Below are positions 30,045 through 39,005 of a stretch of 64,000 nucleotides of DNA, one piece after another. The stretch is from an uncultured Thermoleophilaceae bacterium (GTDB taxonomy: Bacteria; Actinomycetota; Thermoleophilia; Solirubrobacterales; Thermoleophilaceae). Made by a program: the position numbers and the translations under genes. How positions within the stretch are numbered: position 1 is the first letter of the stretch; the number at the start of each line of letters is the position of its first letter. The notes beneath the pieces are model-generated. The model was not told the DNA's origin. It saw nothing but the letters and a program-made list of their open reading frames with translations, and did not search any database. The DNA lies in the NCBI GenBank assembly GCA_963828225.1, contig CAWHDX010000006.1, positions 125,318-189,317 of the forward strand, given 5' to 3'.

Positions 30045-30392
30045 TCAGCTTGGCGGGACGTAGAGCTGGAGGTCGTTGCCGTCCGGGTCCTTGAAGGGGA
30101 CGATGCGGCCCCAGGGGTGCTCGGAGATCCGGTCCGAGAAGGTGACGCCGGCGCGCTCGAGCCGAGCCACCTCGTCCTCGAGGTCGCCGTCGGGCTGGAA
30201 GGCGATCAGCGCCCCGCCGTCGCCGCCCGGCGACTCGCTGCCGTTGAGGCCGATCTTCACCCCGTTGGCGTCGACCTCGCTCCAGTCGTCGTCGTGCTCG
30301 AGCACCTCGAGGCCGAGCGTGTCGCCGTAGAAGGCGACGGCCCGGGCCATGTCGTCGACGGGCAGCCAGACGGCCGCGACTCCCTTGATCAT
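30045..30392 (-). CDS. VOC (glyoxalase/bleomycin-resistance) family protein
   Basis: 115-aa intact ORF. Confidence 0.8.
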   Translation of the reverse strand: MIKGVAAVWLPVDDMARAVAFYGDTLGLEVLEHDDDWSEVDANGVKIGLNGSESPGGDGGALIAFQPDGDLEDEVARLERAGVTFSDRISEHPWGRIVPFKDPDGNDLQLYVPPS

Positions 30393-30471
30393 TTGCAGAC
30401 CTCCGAGTTGGTGTCCGGGCTGACCTTGTGCCCGGGTCTCGAGGGAGTACGGATCAGGGGGCGAGCGGGAT

Positions 30472-32706
<2,235 letters not shown>

Positions 32707-32756
32707 TCAAGATCGGAGATATCACCTCGGGCGTAGGTTGGCAGGACGGCCGCGTC

Positions 32757-32787
32757 AGGGGGGTGGGGAAGACCACCCCTCTGGGTG
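32757..32787 (+). promoter_or_regulatory. conserved G-arm/C-arm hairpin element, copy a
   Basis: AGGGGGGTGGGGAAGACCACCCCTCTGGGTG. The CCACCCC arm ends 46 nt before ATG 32825. Confidence 0.5.
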
Positions 32788-32824
32788 CTACTCCCGGCCG
32801 CCCGCGGCGAGGAGGGTGGACCAT

Positions 32825-34465
32825 ATGCCGATGCGCGCCGTCCCCCTCGTCCTGGCCACCATCCTGCTCGCGATCGTCGCGGCGCCGGGCGCGGCCGCTC
32901 CCGGCGACCTGGATACGTCCTTCGACGGCGACGGCGTGCGGACCGTCGACTGGGGCGGTGAGGCCGACGCAGCTCGGGACGTGCTGGTCCAGCCGGACGG
33001 CAAGATCGTGGTGGTGGGCACCGGCTTCGCCCCGCCCGTGGACATGGGAATCACTCGCCTCGCTCCCGACGGGAGCTTGGACAACGGCTTCAACGCCGAC
33101 GGCACCGCGTCGGTCGCGCTGGGGGACGTCGAGAACGGCAGCGCCGTGGCCATGGCGCCGGACGACAAGATCGTGACGGTAGGCCGGACGGCCGCGGGGC
33201 AGCGCGGGCTGGTCGCGCGCCATCTCCCGGACGGGACGCCGGACAACACCTTCGGGGTCGCCGGATCGATGACCCTGGAGTACGGCGGCGACGACAGCCT
33301 GCAGGACGTGGTGGTCCAGCCTGACAGCAAGATCGTGACGGTCGGCCAGGGCGGCGCCACGAACAACCTCGTCGTCACCCGCCTGATTGCGACGGGGCTG
33401 CCGGACGGGGCCTTCAACAGCGGCGCCGGCTCGGTGTCGTTCGACTTCGGCGCGATCGAAACCGGACAGGCGGTCGTCCTGCAGCCCGACGGCAAGATCC
33501 TCGCCGCCGGCAACACCAGCGCGGGCATGCAAGCGGCGGTCATCGTGCGCCTGAACGCGAACGGCACGCCGGACGCGAGCTTCGACGGGGACGGCCGCCT
33601 GACGGTCCCGGGCCCGGCGGGGAACGTCGTGCGGGACATGATGCTCCAGCCCGACGGCAAGATCGTGCTTGCGGGGTTCGTCAGCACGGACTTCACCGGG
33701 GGCGGCGTGTTTCGTGTGACTCGGCTCAACTCGGACGGGACGCTCGACAGCGGGTTCGGCACGAACGGCGCCGTCAGCTTCGCATTCAGCGATGAGGGCT
33801 TCGCGACCGCGGCAGCCCTGCTCGCCAACGGCAAGATCGTCATCACCGGCATGAACGGAAACCAGGCGGCGGTCGCGCGACTGCAGCCGGGCGGGACCCT
33901 CGACACCACCTTCGGGGCTGGCGGCAAGGCGAACGTCCCCGGGACCTTCGTCTTCCCGGAGGGGCTGGCGCTCCAGGCCAACGGGCGGATCATCCTCGCC
34001 GGCCGAAACCCGTTGGGAACACCGTGGGACGTGGCCATCGCCCGGATCGACAACGATTCGCCGGCCGCGGGCGGGGGCCCGGGCGGTGGCGGACCCGGTG
34101 GCGGACCCGGCGGCGGCGGCAAGTCGGTGCCGCGCTGCGCGGGCAAGCGCGCCACCATCGTCGGCTCGAACCGCTCAGACCGGCTCAAGGGCACGCGCCG
34201 CGCCGACGTGATCGTCGCCCTCGGCGGCAACGACCGGATCGCCGCCGGGCGCGGCAACGACGTCATCTGCGCCGGCAACGGCAACGACCGGATCGACGGC
34301 GGCTCCGGAAACGATCGCCTGTCCGGCGGCTCCGGAAACGACCGCCTCGCCGGCGGCTCCGGCAAGGACCGCCTGTCCGGCGAGACCGGCAAGGACAAGC
34401 TGATCGGCGGCTCGGGGCGCGACAAGCTCAGCGGCGGCCCGGGGCGCGACAGCCAGCAGCAGTAG
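32825..34465 (+). CDS. secreted delta-60-type beta-propeller repeat protein with Gly/Pro linker and C-terminal RTX (GGxGxDxLx) block
   Basis: ATG is preceded by GGAGGG. Signal peptide MPMRAVPLVLATILLAIVAAPGAAA. About eight repeats of the D.SF...G...QPDGKIV..G type, then GGNDRIAAGRGNDVI...GGSGNDRLSGGSGNDRLAGGSGKDRLS...SQQQ*. Confidence 0.8.
   Translation: MPMRAVPLVLATILLAIVAAPGAAAPGDLDTSFDGDGVRTVDWGGEADAARDVLVQPDGKIVVVGTGFAPPVDMGITRLAPDGSLDNGFNADGTASVALGDVENGSAVAMAPDDKIVTVGRTAAGQRGLVARHLPDGTPDNTFGVAGSMTLEYGGDDSLQDVVVQPDSKIVTVGQGGATNNLVVTRLIATGLPDGAFNSGAGSVSFDFGAIETGQAVVLQPDGKILAAGNTSAGMQAAVIVRLNANGTPDASFDGDGRLTVPGPAGNVVRDMMLQPDGKIVLAGFVSTDFTGGGVFRVTRLNSDGTLDSGFGTNGAVSFAFSDEGFATAAALLANGKIVITGMNGNQAAVARLQPGGTLDTTFGAGGKANVPGTFVFPEGLALQANGRIILAGRNPLGTPWDVAIARIDNDSPAAGGGPGGGGPGGGPGGGGKSVPRCAGKRATIVGSNRSDRLKGTRRADVIVALGGNDRIAAGRGNDVICAGNGNDRIDGGSGNDRLSGGSGNDRLAGGSGKDRLSGETGKDKLIGGSGRDKLSGGPGRDSQQQ
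34128..34465 (+). repeat. RTX-module direct repeat, copy 1 (pairs with 36860-37196)
   Basis: The 3' end of the gene is collinear with the 3' end of gene 35814..37196. I see only two differences in the last about 110 nt, and similarity stops at the TAG. Confidence 0.8.
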
Positions 34466-34474
34466 CAGGTCGGG

Positions 34475-34528
34475 GACAGCAGCCCGCCCATCACCGTGCC
34501 CCGGTGGTTCGCGTGCCGGCCCTCGGCG
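34475..34528 (-). pseudogene. fragment of a PaaI/hotdog thioesterase gene (paralogous to 38608..39000)
   Basis: GACAGCAGCCCGCCCATCACCGTGCCCCGGTGGTTCGCGTGCCGGCCCTCGGCG aligns with 38846-38899. By hand the first 20 nt are identical and about 84 percent overall. It encodes LAEGRHANHRGTVMGGLLS versus LAEERHANRRGTVMGGLLS. Confidence 0.7.
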
Positions 34529-34532
34529 AGTC

Positions 34533-34562
34533 GAGGGGTGCGAGATACCACCCCTCTGGGGG
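34533..34562 (+). promoter_or_regulatory. conserved G-arm/C-arm hairpin element, copy b
   Basis: GAGGGGTGCGAGATACCACCCCTCTGGGGG with a perfect 8-bp stem. The CCACCCC arm ends 47 nt before ATG 34601 and 35 nt before ATG 34589. Confidence 0.5.
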
Positions 34563-34588
34563 TTAGCGGCGCCCCCGACTTGCGGCGT

Positions 34589-35491
34589 ATGTTCGCGACC
34601 ATGCGCATTCCCCGTTCCGTCGCCCTGGTCGGCGCCGTCCTGGGCCTTGCCGTCTCGGCCGGCCCGGCCTCTGCCGCAGGCCACATCACCTACAGCGTCG
34701 GGGAGGAGGACCTGCTCCTGCGCGTGGCGGCTCGTGCCGGAGCGACGCCGCAGGACGTTTCCGCCGGGCTCGACCGCCGCTTTCCCGGCGGCGGCGACCA
34801 GTTCCTCAACCAGTCGCCCGACGGCAAGGCGCTCGTCCTCCAGAGCGAGCGCTTCGGCTGCGGCGGCTACCCGTGCCTCGCAGTCGTGTCGAGCAACCTC
34901 AGGGCCGGCAAGGCCGTGCGTGGCGGCACGGTGCACGTCGAGGGCTTCTCGGCGGTCGGTAACGGCGGGCGCGTGGTGGTCTATCCGGCGCGGTCGAGCG
35001 ACGACCGGATCGACCTGTTCGTCAGCCGCAAGACGGGCGGTGCGTGGAGCAAGCCGCGCAACGTGACCAAGGGGTCACCGATAAAGGTCCACACCCATCC
35101 GGCCATCTCGGAGGACTCGAAGCGCGTGCTGCACGACTGCGGCGACGCGGGCGACCCCTCCATGGGCACGATTTCGGTGTGCGAGTCGCGCCTCGACGGC
35201 AAGGGAACGCGGATCCGGATGCGCCCGTCCGACGGCCGCAAACCGCAGGACCCGGCCTTCGGCCCGGGCAGCCTTCACCACGGGGACTACCTCGGGCGCG
35301 GCAAGGGGCTCGTGTTCGAATCGCAGTGGTGCTGCGAGGGCGAGTCCATCTGGTGGCTACCCAAGGGGAAGCGCGCGCCCAAGCACGTGCGCAGCGCCGG
35401 CGGCAACATCGTCGCGCCGTGCGGCCTGCCTGACGGCCGCGTGGTGACCCTCGACCTGAGCCGGCCGCGGGCGGGGGCGTCCACGAGCTGA
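34589..35491 (+). CDS. secreted protein, PD40/TolB-like beta-propeller features
   Basis: Signal peptide (MFAT)MRIPRSVALVGAVLGLAVSAGPASA. Motifs SPDGKALVL and DLFVSRKTGGAWSKP. Alternative start at 34601. Confidence 0.65.
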   Translation: MFATMRIPRSVALVGAVLGLAVSAGPASAAGHITYSVGEEDLLLRVAARAGATPQDVSAGLDRRFPGGGDQFLNQSPDGKALVLQSERFGCGGYPCLAVVSSNLRAGKAVRGGTVHVEGFSAVGNGGRVVVYPARSSDDRIDLFVSRKTGGAWSKPRNVTKGSPIKVHTHPAISEDSKRVLHDCGDAGDPSMGTISVCESRLDGKGTRIRMRPSDGRKPQDPAFGPGSLHHGDYLGRGKGLVFESQWCCEGESIWWLPKGKRAPKHVRSAGGNIVAPCGLPDGRVVTLDLSRPRAGASTS

Positions 35492-35749
35492 TGATCACCT
35501 CGCCGACGTCAAGGAAGAGGACCTTCGTGCTGCCGCCGGGAATCGACGTGAACGACAGCGGGATCGGCTGCGGGGCCTAGCCGGCGTCTCCCTTCCAGCG
35601 CCTGGCCTCTCGCTGCACGGTCCCGTACCGGTCGGGGCACCGCGCCCAGGGGAGCGTCGAGATCCGTATCGGTCGGCCTTGTCGGCGAGTTTGGGCTGCA
35701 CTCCTGTGGCCACCGTGCTCGGGGAGCCCGTGATCGCGGGCTAGAAGGC

Positions 35750-35778
35750 GGGGTGGAGAAGTCCACCCCTCAGGGGGG
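35750..35778 (+). promoter_or_regulatory. conserved G-arm/C-arm hairpin element, copy c
   Basis: GGGGTGGAGAAGTCCACCCCTCAGGGGGG. The CCACCCC arm ends 45 nt before ATG 35814. Confidence 0.5.
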
Positions 35779-35813
35779 TTTCGTCGCCGCGCCTGGTGCA
35801 CGACGCTCATCCC

Positions 35814-37196
35814 ATGCCCAGGGCCACCCTCCGCCGAGTATCGCTGACCGTGATCGCGCTGACCTGCGCCGGGGCGCCCGCCGTCCAGGCGGCGCCCGGC
35901 GGCGACGCCTTCGTCGAGGAGACGACCGTCTCGGTGCCGGCCATGGAGTCGGCATCGGCGGCCGCCGCTTGCCCGGACGGATCGCGCGTCGTGGGAGGCG
36001 GCGTGGACGCGATCGCCGGCTTCCTCTCACTCGACCGGTTCCCGGACTACGTCGTGCAGATGAGCGGGCCTGTCGACGACACCGGCTCCTGGGCGAACAC
36101 GGAGGACGGTGAGGTCGCGCGCCAGTGGCTCGCCTACTGGCGCAACTCGTCCACGCAGACCCTGGACTTCAAGGTCTTCGCGCTCTGCTCGCGCAGCTCC
36201 GACGCCACGATCGAGACGACGCGGCGCGACGGCGTGGCGAGCAGGACCGCCGCGCCCCTTGCGACGACGTGCCCATCGGGATCGCGCGTGGTGGGCGGCG
36301 GACTCGGGACGAACGGCCCGATGCCCACGGGGGAGGGAGGCAACACCTACGTGCTGCAGATGAGCGGACCCGTGGACGACACGGGCACGTTCATCTCCAC
36401 CGAGGACGGGGACGTCGCCCCCAGTTGGTGGACCTACGCGTTGAACCAATGGCTCGACCCGGTCGCGTACAAGGTCTTCGCGCTCTGCTCGCGCCAATCC
36501 GACGCCACCATCGAGGCGACCGCGTTCGAGCTGCCCACGGCGCTCTCGTTCGCGGGGGCCGCCGCCTGCCCCGCCGGGAAGCGGGTGCTGGGCGGCGGGG
36601 TCGGCTCGCACGGCCCCGCGCCGGGCGGAATGAACCTGAACTACATCGTCCAAGCGGCCGGCCCCGAGGACGAGACGGACTCCAGCCGAAACACCGTCGA
36701 CGGAGACGTCGCGCGACGCTTCTACGGCTACGTCGACAACCGCTCCGGGGCCACGCAGACATTCAAGGTGCTCGCGCTGTGCGCAACCGATGACATGCAG
36801 GCGGGCGGCGGCGGGCCGGGAGGCGGGCCGGGTGGCGGCGGGCCGGGAGGTGGCGACGGACCGCGCTGCGGCGGCAAGGTCGCCACGATCGTCGGCAGCA
36901 ACCGCTCGGAGCGCATCTCCGGCACCCGGCGGGCCGACGTGATCGTGGCGCTCGGCGGCAACGACCGCATCAAGGGCGGCCGCGGCAACGACGTCATCTG
37001 CGCCGGCAACGGCAACGACCGGATCGACGGCGGCAGCGGCAACGACCGCCTCGCCGGCGGCTCCGGAAACGACCGCCTCGCCGGCGGGTCCGGCAAGGAC
37101 CGCCTGTCCGGCCAGACCGGCAAGGACAAGCTGATCGGCGGCTCGGGGCGCGACAAGCTCAGCGGCGGCCCGGGGCGCGACAGCCAGCAGCAGTAG
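35814..37196 (+). CDS. secreted protein: three tandem Cys-bracketed repeats of about 100 aa, Gly/Pro linker, C-terminal RTX block
   Basis: Signal peptide MPRATLRRVSLTVIALTCAGAPAVQA. Each repeat runs CP.GSRVVGGG ... QMSGPVDDTG ... DG.VA..W ... FKVFALCSR. DNA period is exactly 300 nt between 36171 and 36471. The RTX tail is nearly identical to that of 32825..34465. Confidence 0.8.
   Translation: MPRATLRRVSLTVIALTCAGAPAVQAAPGGDAFVEETTVSVPAMESASAAAACPDGSRVVGGGVDAIAGFLSLDRFPDYVVQMSGPVDDTGSWANTEDGEVARQWLAYWRNSSTQTLDFKVFALCSRSSDATIETTRRDGVASRTAAPLATTCPSGSRVVGGGLGTNGPMPTGEGGNTYVLQMSGPVDDTGTFISTEDGDVAPSWWTYALNQWLDPVAYKVFALCSRQSDATIEATAFELPTALSFAGAAACPAGKRVLGGGVGSHGPAPGGMNLNYIVQAAGPEDETDSSRNTVDGDVARRFYGYVDNRSGATQTFKVLALCATDDMQAGGGGPGGGPGGGGPGGGDGPRCGGKVATIVGSNRSERISGTRRADVIVALGGNDRIKGGRGNDVICAGNGNDRIDGGSGNDRLAGGSGNDRLAGGSGKDRLSGQTGKDKLIGGSGRDKLSGGPGRDSQQQ
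36860..37196 (+). repeat. RTX-module direct repeat, copy 2 (pairs with 34128-34465)
   Basis: See copy 1. Both end ...GGSGRDKLSGGPGRDSQQQ*. Confidence 0.8.
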
Positions 37197-37284
37197 CCGG
37201 CGCGGCGACGCGCGGAGAAATTACGAGAGCGCCCTGCGGCTGCACGTCTTTCCTCGGCCAGGGCGGCTCAAGCTGTCTACGACT

Positions 37285-37331
37285 GATGGCGAGGGCCGGA
37301 ATCGAACCGGCGACACCACGATTTTCAGTCG
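37285..37331 (-). repeat. 47-nt perfect copy of the tRNA-Phe 3' half (anticodon loop to discriminator), att-like
   Basis: GATGGCGAGGGCCGGAATCGAACCGGCGACACCACGATTTTCAGTCG is identical to 38370-38416 in the same orientation. No 5' half is present. Confidence 0.85.
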
Positions 37332-37601
37332 AGGCCAGCGGTTGCGGCTGTTTGCGGTTTCTAGGCGTACAGCGGGACTGCGGCGCCTGGCACCCGAATG
37401 ATTTGCGGGGTTTCCGGGTGTCGTGTTGCCCAGCCGTTGCCCAGACCGGGCATAGCGGACCGCTCTCGCGTTGCATGGAAAGGAGCACTGCGCCCAAGAG
37501 CGAGAGCGCGTGCTGCTCGCAGGCGGATGCGAAAGATAGCTCCGGATGGTTCGAGCAGCGAGCGGCGCGTGGGGCAATGGCGCAGCATTTAGGCTGGCCG
37601 C

Positions 37602-38147
37602 ATGCGCAGACTCCGCCCCTCACCCGCCATGACCGTTGCTCTGATCGCCTTGTTCGTGTCGCTGGGAGGCACGGGCTACGCGGCGCTGAAGCTGCCGAGG
37701 AACAGCGTGGGACCGAGGCAGTTGCAGGCCAACAGCGTCACCTCGACCAAGGTGAAGCAGGGGTCGCTGGCGCTGAGCGACATCAGGTCGTCGGCCCGCA
37801 CCGGCCTGCGCGGACCGGAGGGGCCGCGCGGGGCGCAGGGCCCGCAGGGGCCGAGCGGGACGAGCAAGATCGTGATGCGCAAGGGATCGACGGGCTTCGC
37901 GGCGGCCAACGACTTCGGCACCGCCGACGCGTCGTGCAAGGCGGGCGAGCGCGCGACCGGGGGAGGGGCCATCCCGGCCAACCGGTTTTACCTGCGCGTT
38001 TCGGGCAGCTATCCGCTGCCGAACCCCGTGGCGGCCCCGTCGACCGGCGATGGCCTGACCCCGACCGGCTGGCGCGTCTTCGTGGTGAACGAGAACACGA
38101 CGACTGGCTTCGACTTCGAGGCGTACGTGATCTGCGCGTCGCCGTAG
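37602..38147 (+). CDS. membrane-anchored collagen-like protein carrying one Cys-bracketed domain
   Basis: N-terminal anchor MTVALIALFVSLGGTGYAA and Gly-X-Y run GLRGPEGPRGAQGPQGPSG. The C-terminal CKAGERATGGG...W...FEAYVICASP matches the repeat unit of 35814..37196. Confidence 0.75.
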   Translation: MRRLRPSPAMTVALIALFVSLGGTGYAALKLPRNSVGPRQLQANSVTSTKVKQGSLALSDIRSSARTGLRGPEGPRGAQGPQGPSGTSKIVMRKGSTGFAAANDFGTADASCKAGERATGGGAIPANRFYLRVSGSYPLPNPVAAPSTGDGLTPTGWRVFVVNENTTTGFDFEAYVICASP

Positions 38148-38154
38148 GAGGTGA

Positions 38155-38197
38155 TAGCTCCGGATGGATTCGAACCATCGACCTCACGATTATGAGT
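38155..38197 (-). pseudogene. tRNA-Met(CAT)-like 3' half only
   Basis: The reverse complement ACTCATAATCGTGAGGTCGATGGTTCGAATCCATCCGGAGCTA has a CAT anticodon loop, T arm and acceptor 3' strand. No matching 5' half is present. Confidence 0.7.
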
Positions 38198-38371
38198 TGA
38201 GGCTGGTGGTTGCGGCTGTTGGTGGTTGCTAGGCCCAGCGCGTGATCGGGCCGGGGAGGCGGACCCTCCTTCCCGGGCTAGGCTGCGCCGGTGCCGGTCT
38301 GGGGGTGGATCGCGGTCGGGCGAGTCGCGGGTCGCAGCGGAGAATCGAACGGCTTGCAGGCATTTCGTCGA

Positions 38372-38444
38372 TGGCGAGGGCCGGAATCGAACCGGCGACA
38401 CCACGATTTTCAGTCGTGTGCTCTACCAACTGAGCTACCTCGCC
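38372..38444 (-). tRNA. tRNA-Phe (anticodon GAA)
   Basis: The reverse complement GGCGAGGTAGCTCAGTTGGTAGAGCACACGACTGAAAATCGTGGTGTCGCCGGTTCGATTCCGGCCCTCGCCA folds as a 73-nt cloverleaf. CCA is not encoded. Confidence 0.95.
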
Positions 38445-38607
38445 GCGCACCGCGCAGCCTAGCGGCGAAGCGCATTTTGGCGAGTTGTCCGGCCTATGGA
38501 CCGGATAACGCAACACGAATCGCGGCGGCGCGGACGTTCACGTTGCGTTTCACCCCCTGGAGGGGGGCAAACGCAGCAAGAATCGAAGGGCGCCAGGGCG
38601 CGCGCCC

Positions 38608-39000
38608 TCAGCCCACCACCACGAACACCGCCCGCGCGCGCACGATCTCCGTGTCGCCGACGCTCAGCACGCAGTCCGCGAACGACAGCGTGCGGCCGAC
38701 GCGGTCGACGCCGGTGCGCGCTTCGATCCAGTCGCCCGGCTCCGCGGGCTTCAGGTAGTCGACCGTCAGGCTGACCGTCGCGCGCTCGTGGTCGTCGGTC
38801 GCATCGGCCTCGATCGCCCGCCCCAGCGCGAAGTCGGCCAGCGTCGACAGCAGCCCGCCCATCACGGTCCCGCGGCGGTTGGCGTGCCGCTCCTCGGCCA
38901 GCAGCCCCAGCACCGCCTGATCTCCGTCCGAGCGGACGTGGATCGGGCCGACGTGCTCCAGGAACGGGCCCTGCCCCGGAAAAGGCGAGAAGCCCTCGGG
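38608..39000 (-). CDS. PaaI-family (hotdog fold) thioesterase; start codon not resolved
   Basis: C-terminal part of track ORF 38608..39660: IPEGFSPFPGQGPFLEHVGPIHV...HANRRGTVMGGLLSTLADFALG...LTVDYLKPA. There is no canonical start just upstream of IPEGF. Confidence 0.7.
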   Translation of the reverse strand, partial: PEGFSPFPGQGPFLEHVGPIHVRSDGDQAVLGLLAEERHANRRGTVMGGLLSTLADFALGRAIEADATDDHERATVSLTVDYLKPAEPGDWIEARTGVDRVGRTLSFADCVLSVGDTEIVRARAVFVVVG

Positions 39001-39005
39001 GATGG

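Noticed and set aside
34060-34130. GGCGG/GGGCC-rich tandem tracts here and at about 36800-36860, considered as a possible CRISPR-like or microsatellite array.
   Set aside because: They are in frame and encode Gly/Pro linkers (GGGPGGGGPGGGPGGGG), with no spacer/repeat organisation.
35495-35590. Minus-strand peptide-like text APQPIPLSFTSIPGGSTKVLFLDVGEVII in the 320-nt gap between the second and third accessory genes, considered as a possible gene relic.
   Set aside because: It has no start, is preceded by an in-frame stop, matches no family I recognise and has no second copy in the window. The evidence is too weak to call.
32757-35778. Hairpin copies interpreted as integron attC sites, which would make the block an integron cassette array.
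   Set aside because: There is no intI-type integrase or attI. There are no R''/R' core sites (RYYYAAC / GTTRRRY). The elements are about 30 nt, shorter than attC.
34128-37196. RTX blocks as type I secretion signals.
   Set aside because: Both proteins have N-terminal Sec signal peptides. No residues lie beyond SQQQ after the last nonapeptide, and no T1SS ABC/MFP genes are in the window.
38530-38600. Hairpins CACCCCCTGGAGGGGGG (nested inside GCGTTT...AAACGC, about 38546-38575) and CCCCACCCCCTCTCCTCGAAGGGGGGTGGG (44742-44771), considered as further copies of the upstream hairpin family.
   Set aside because: Their arm order is the opposite (C-arm first on both strands). They lack the TCWGGGGG tail and lie downstream of convergent genes, so they are more likely GC-rich terminator-type hairpins.
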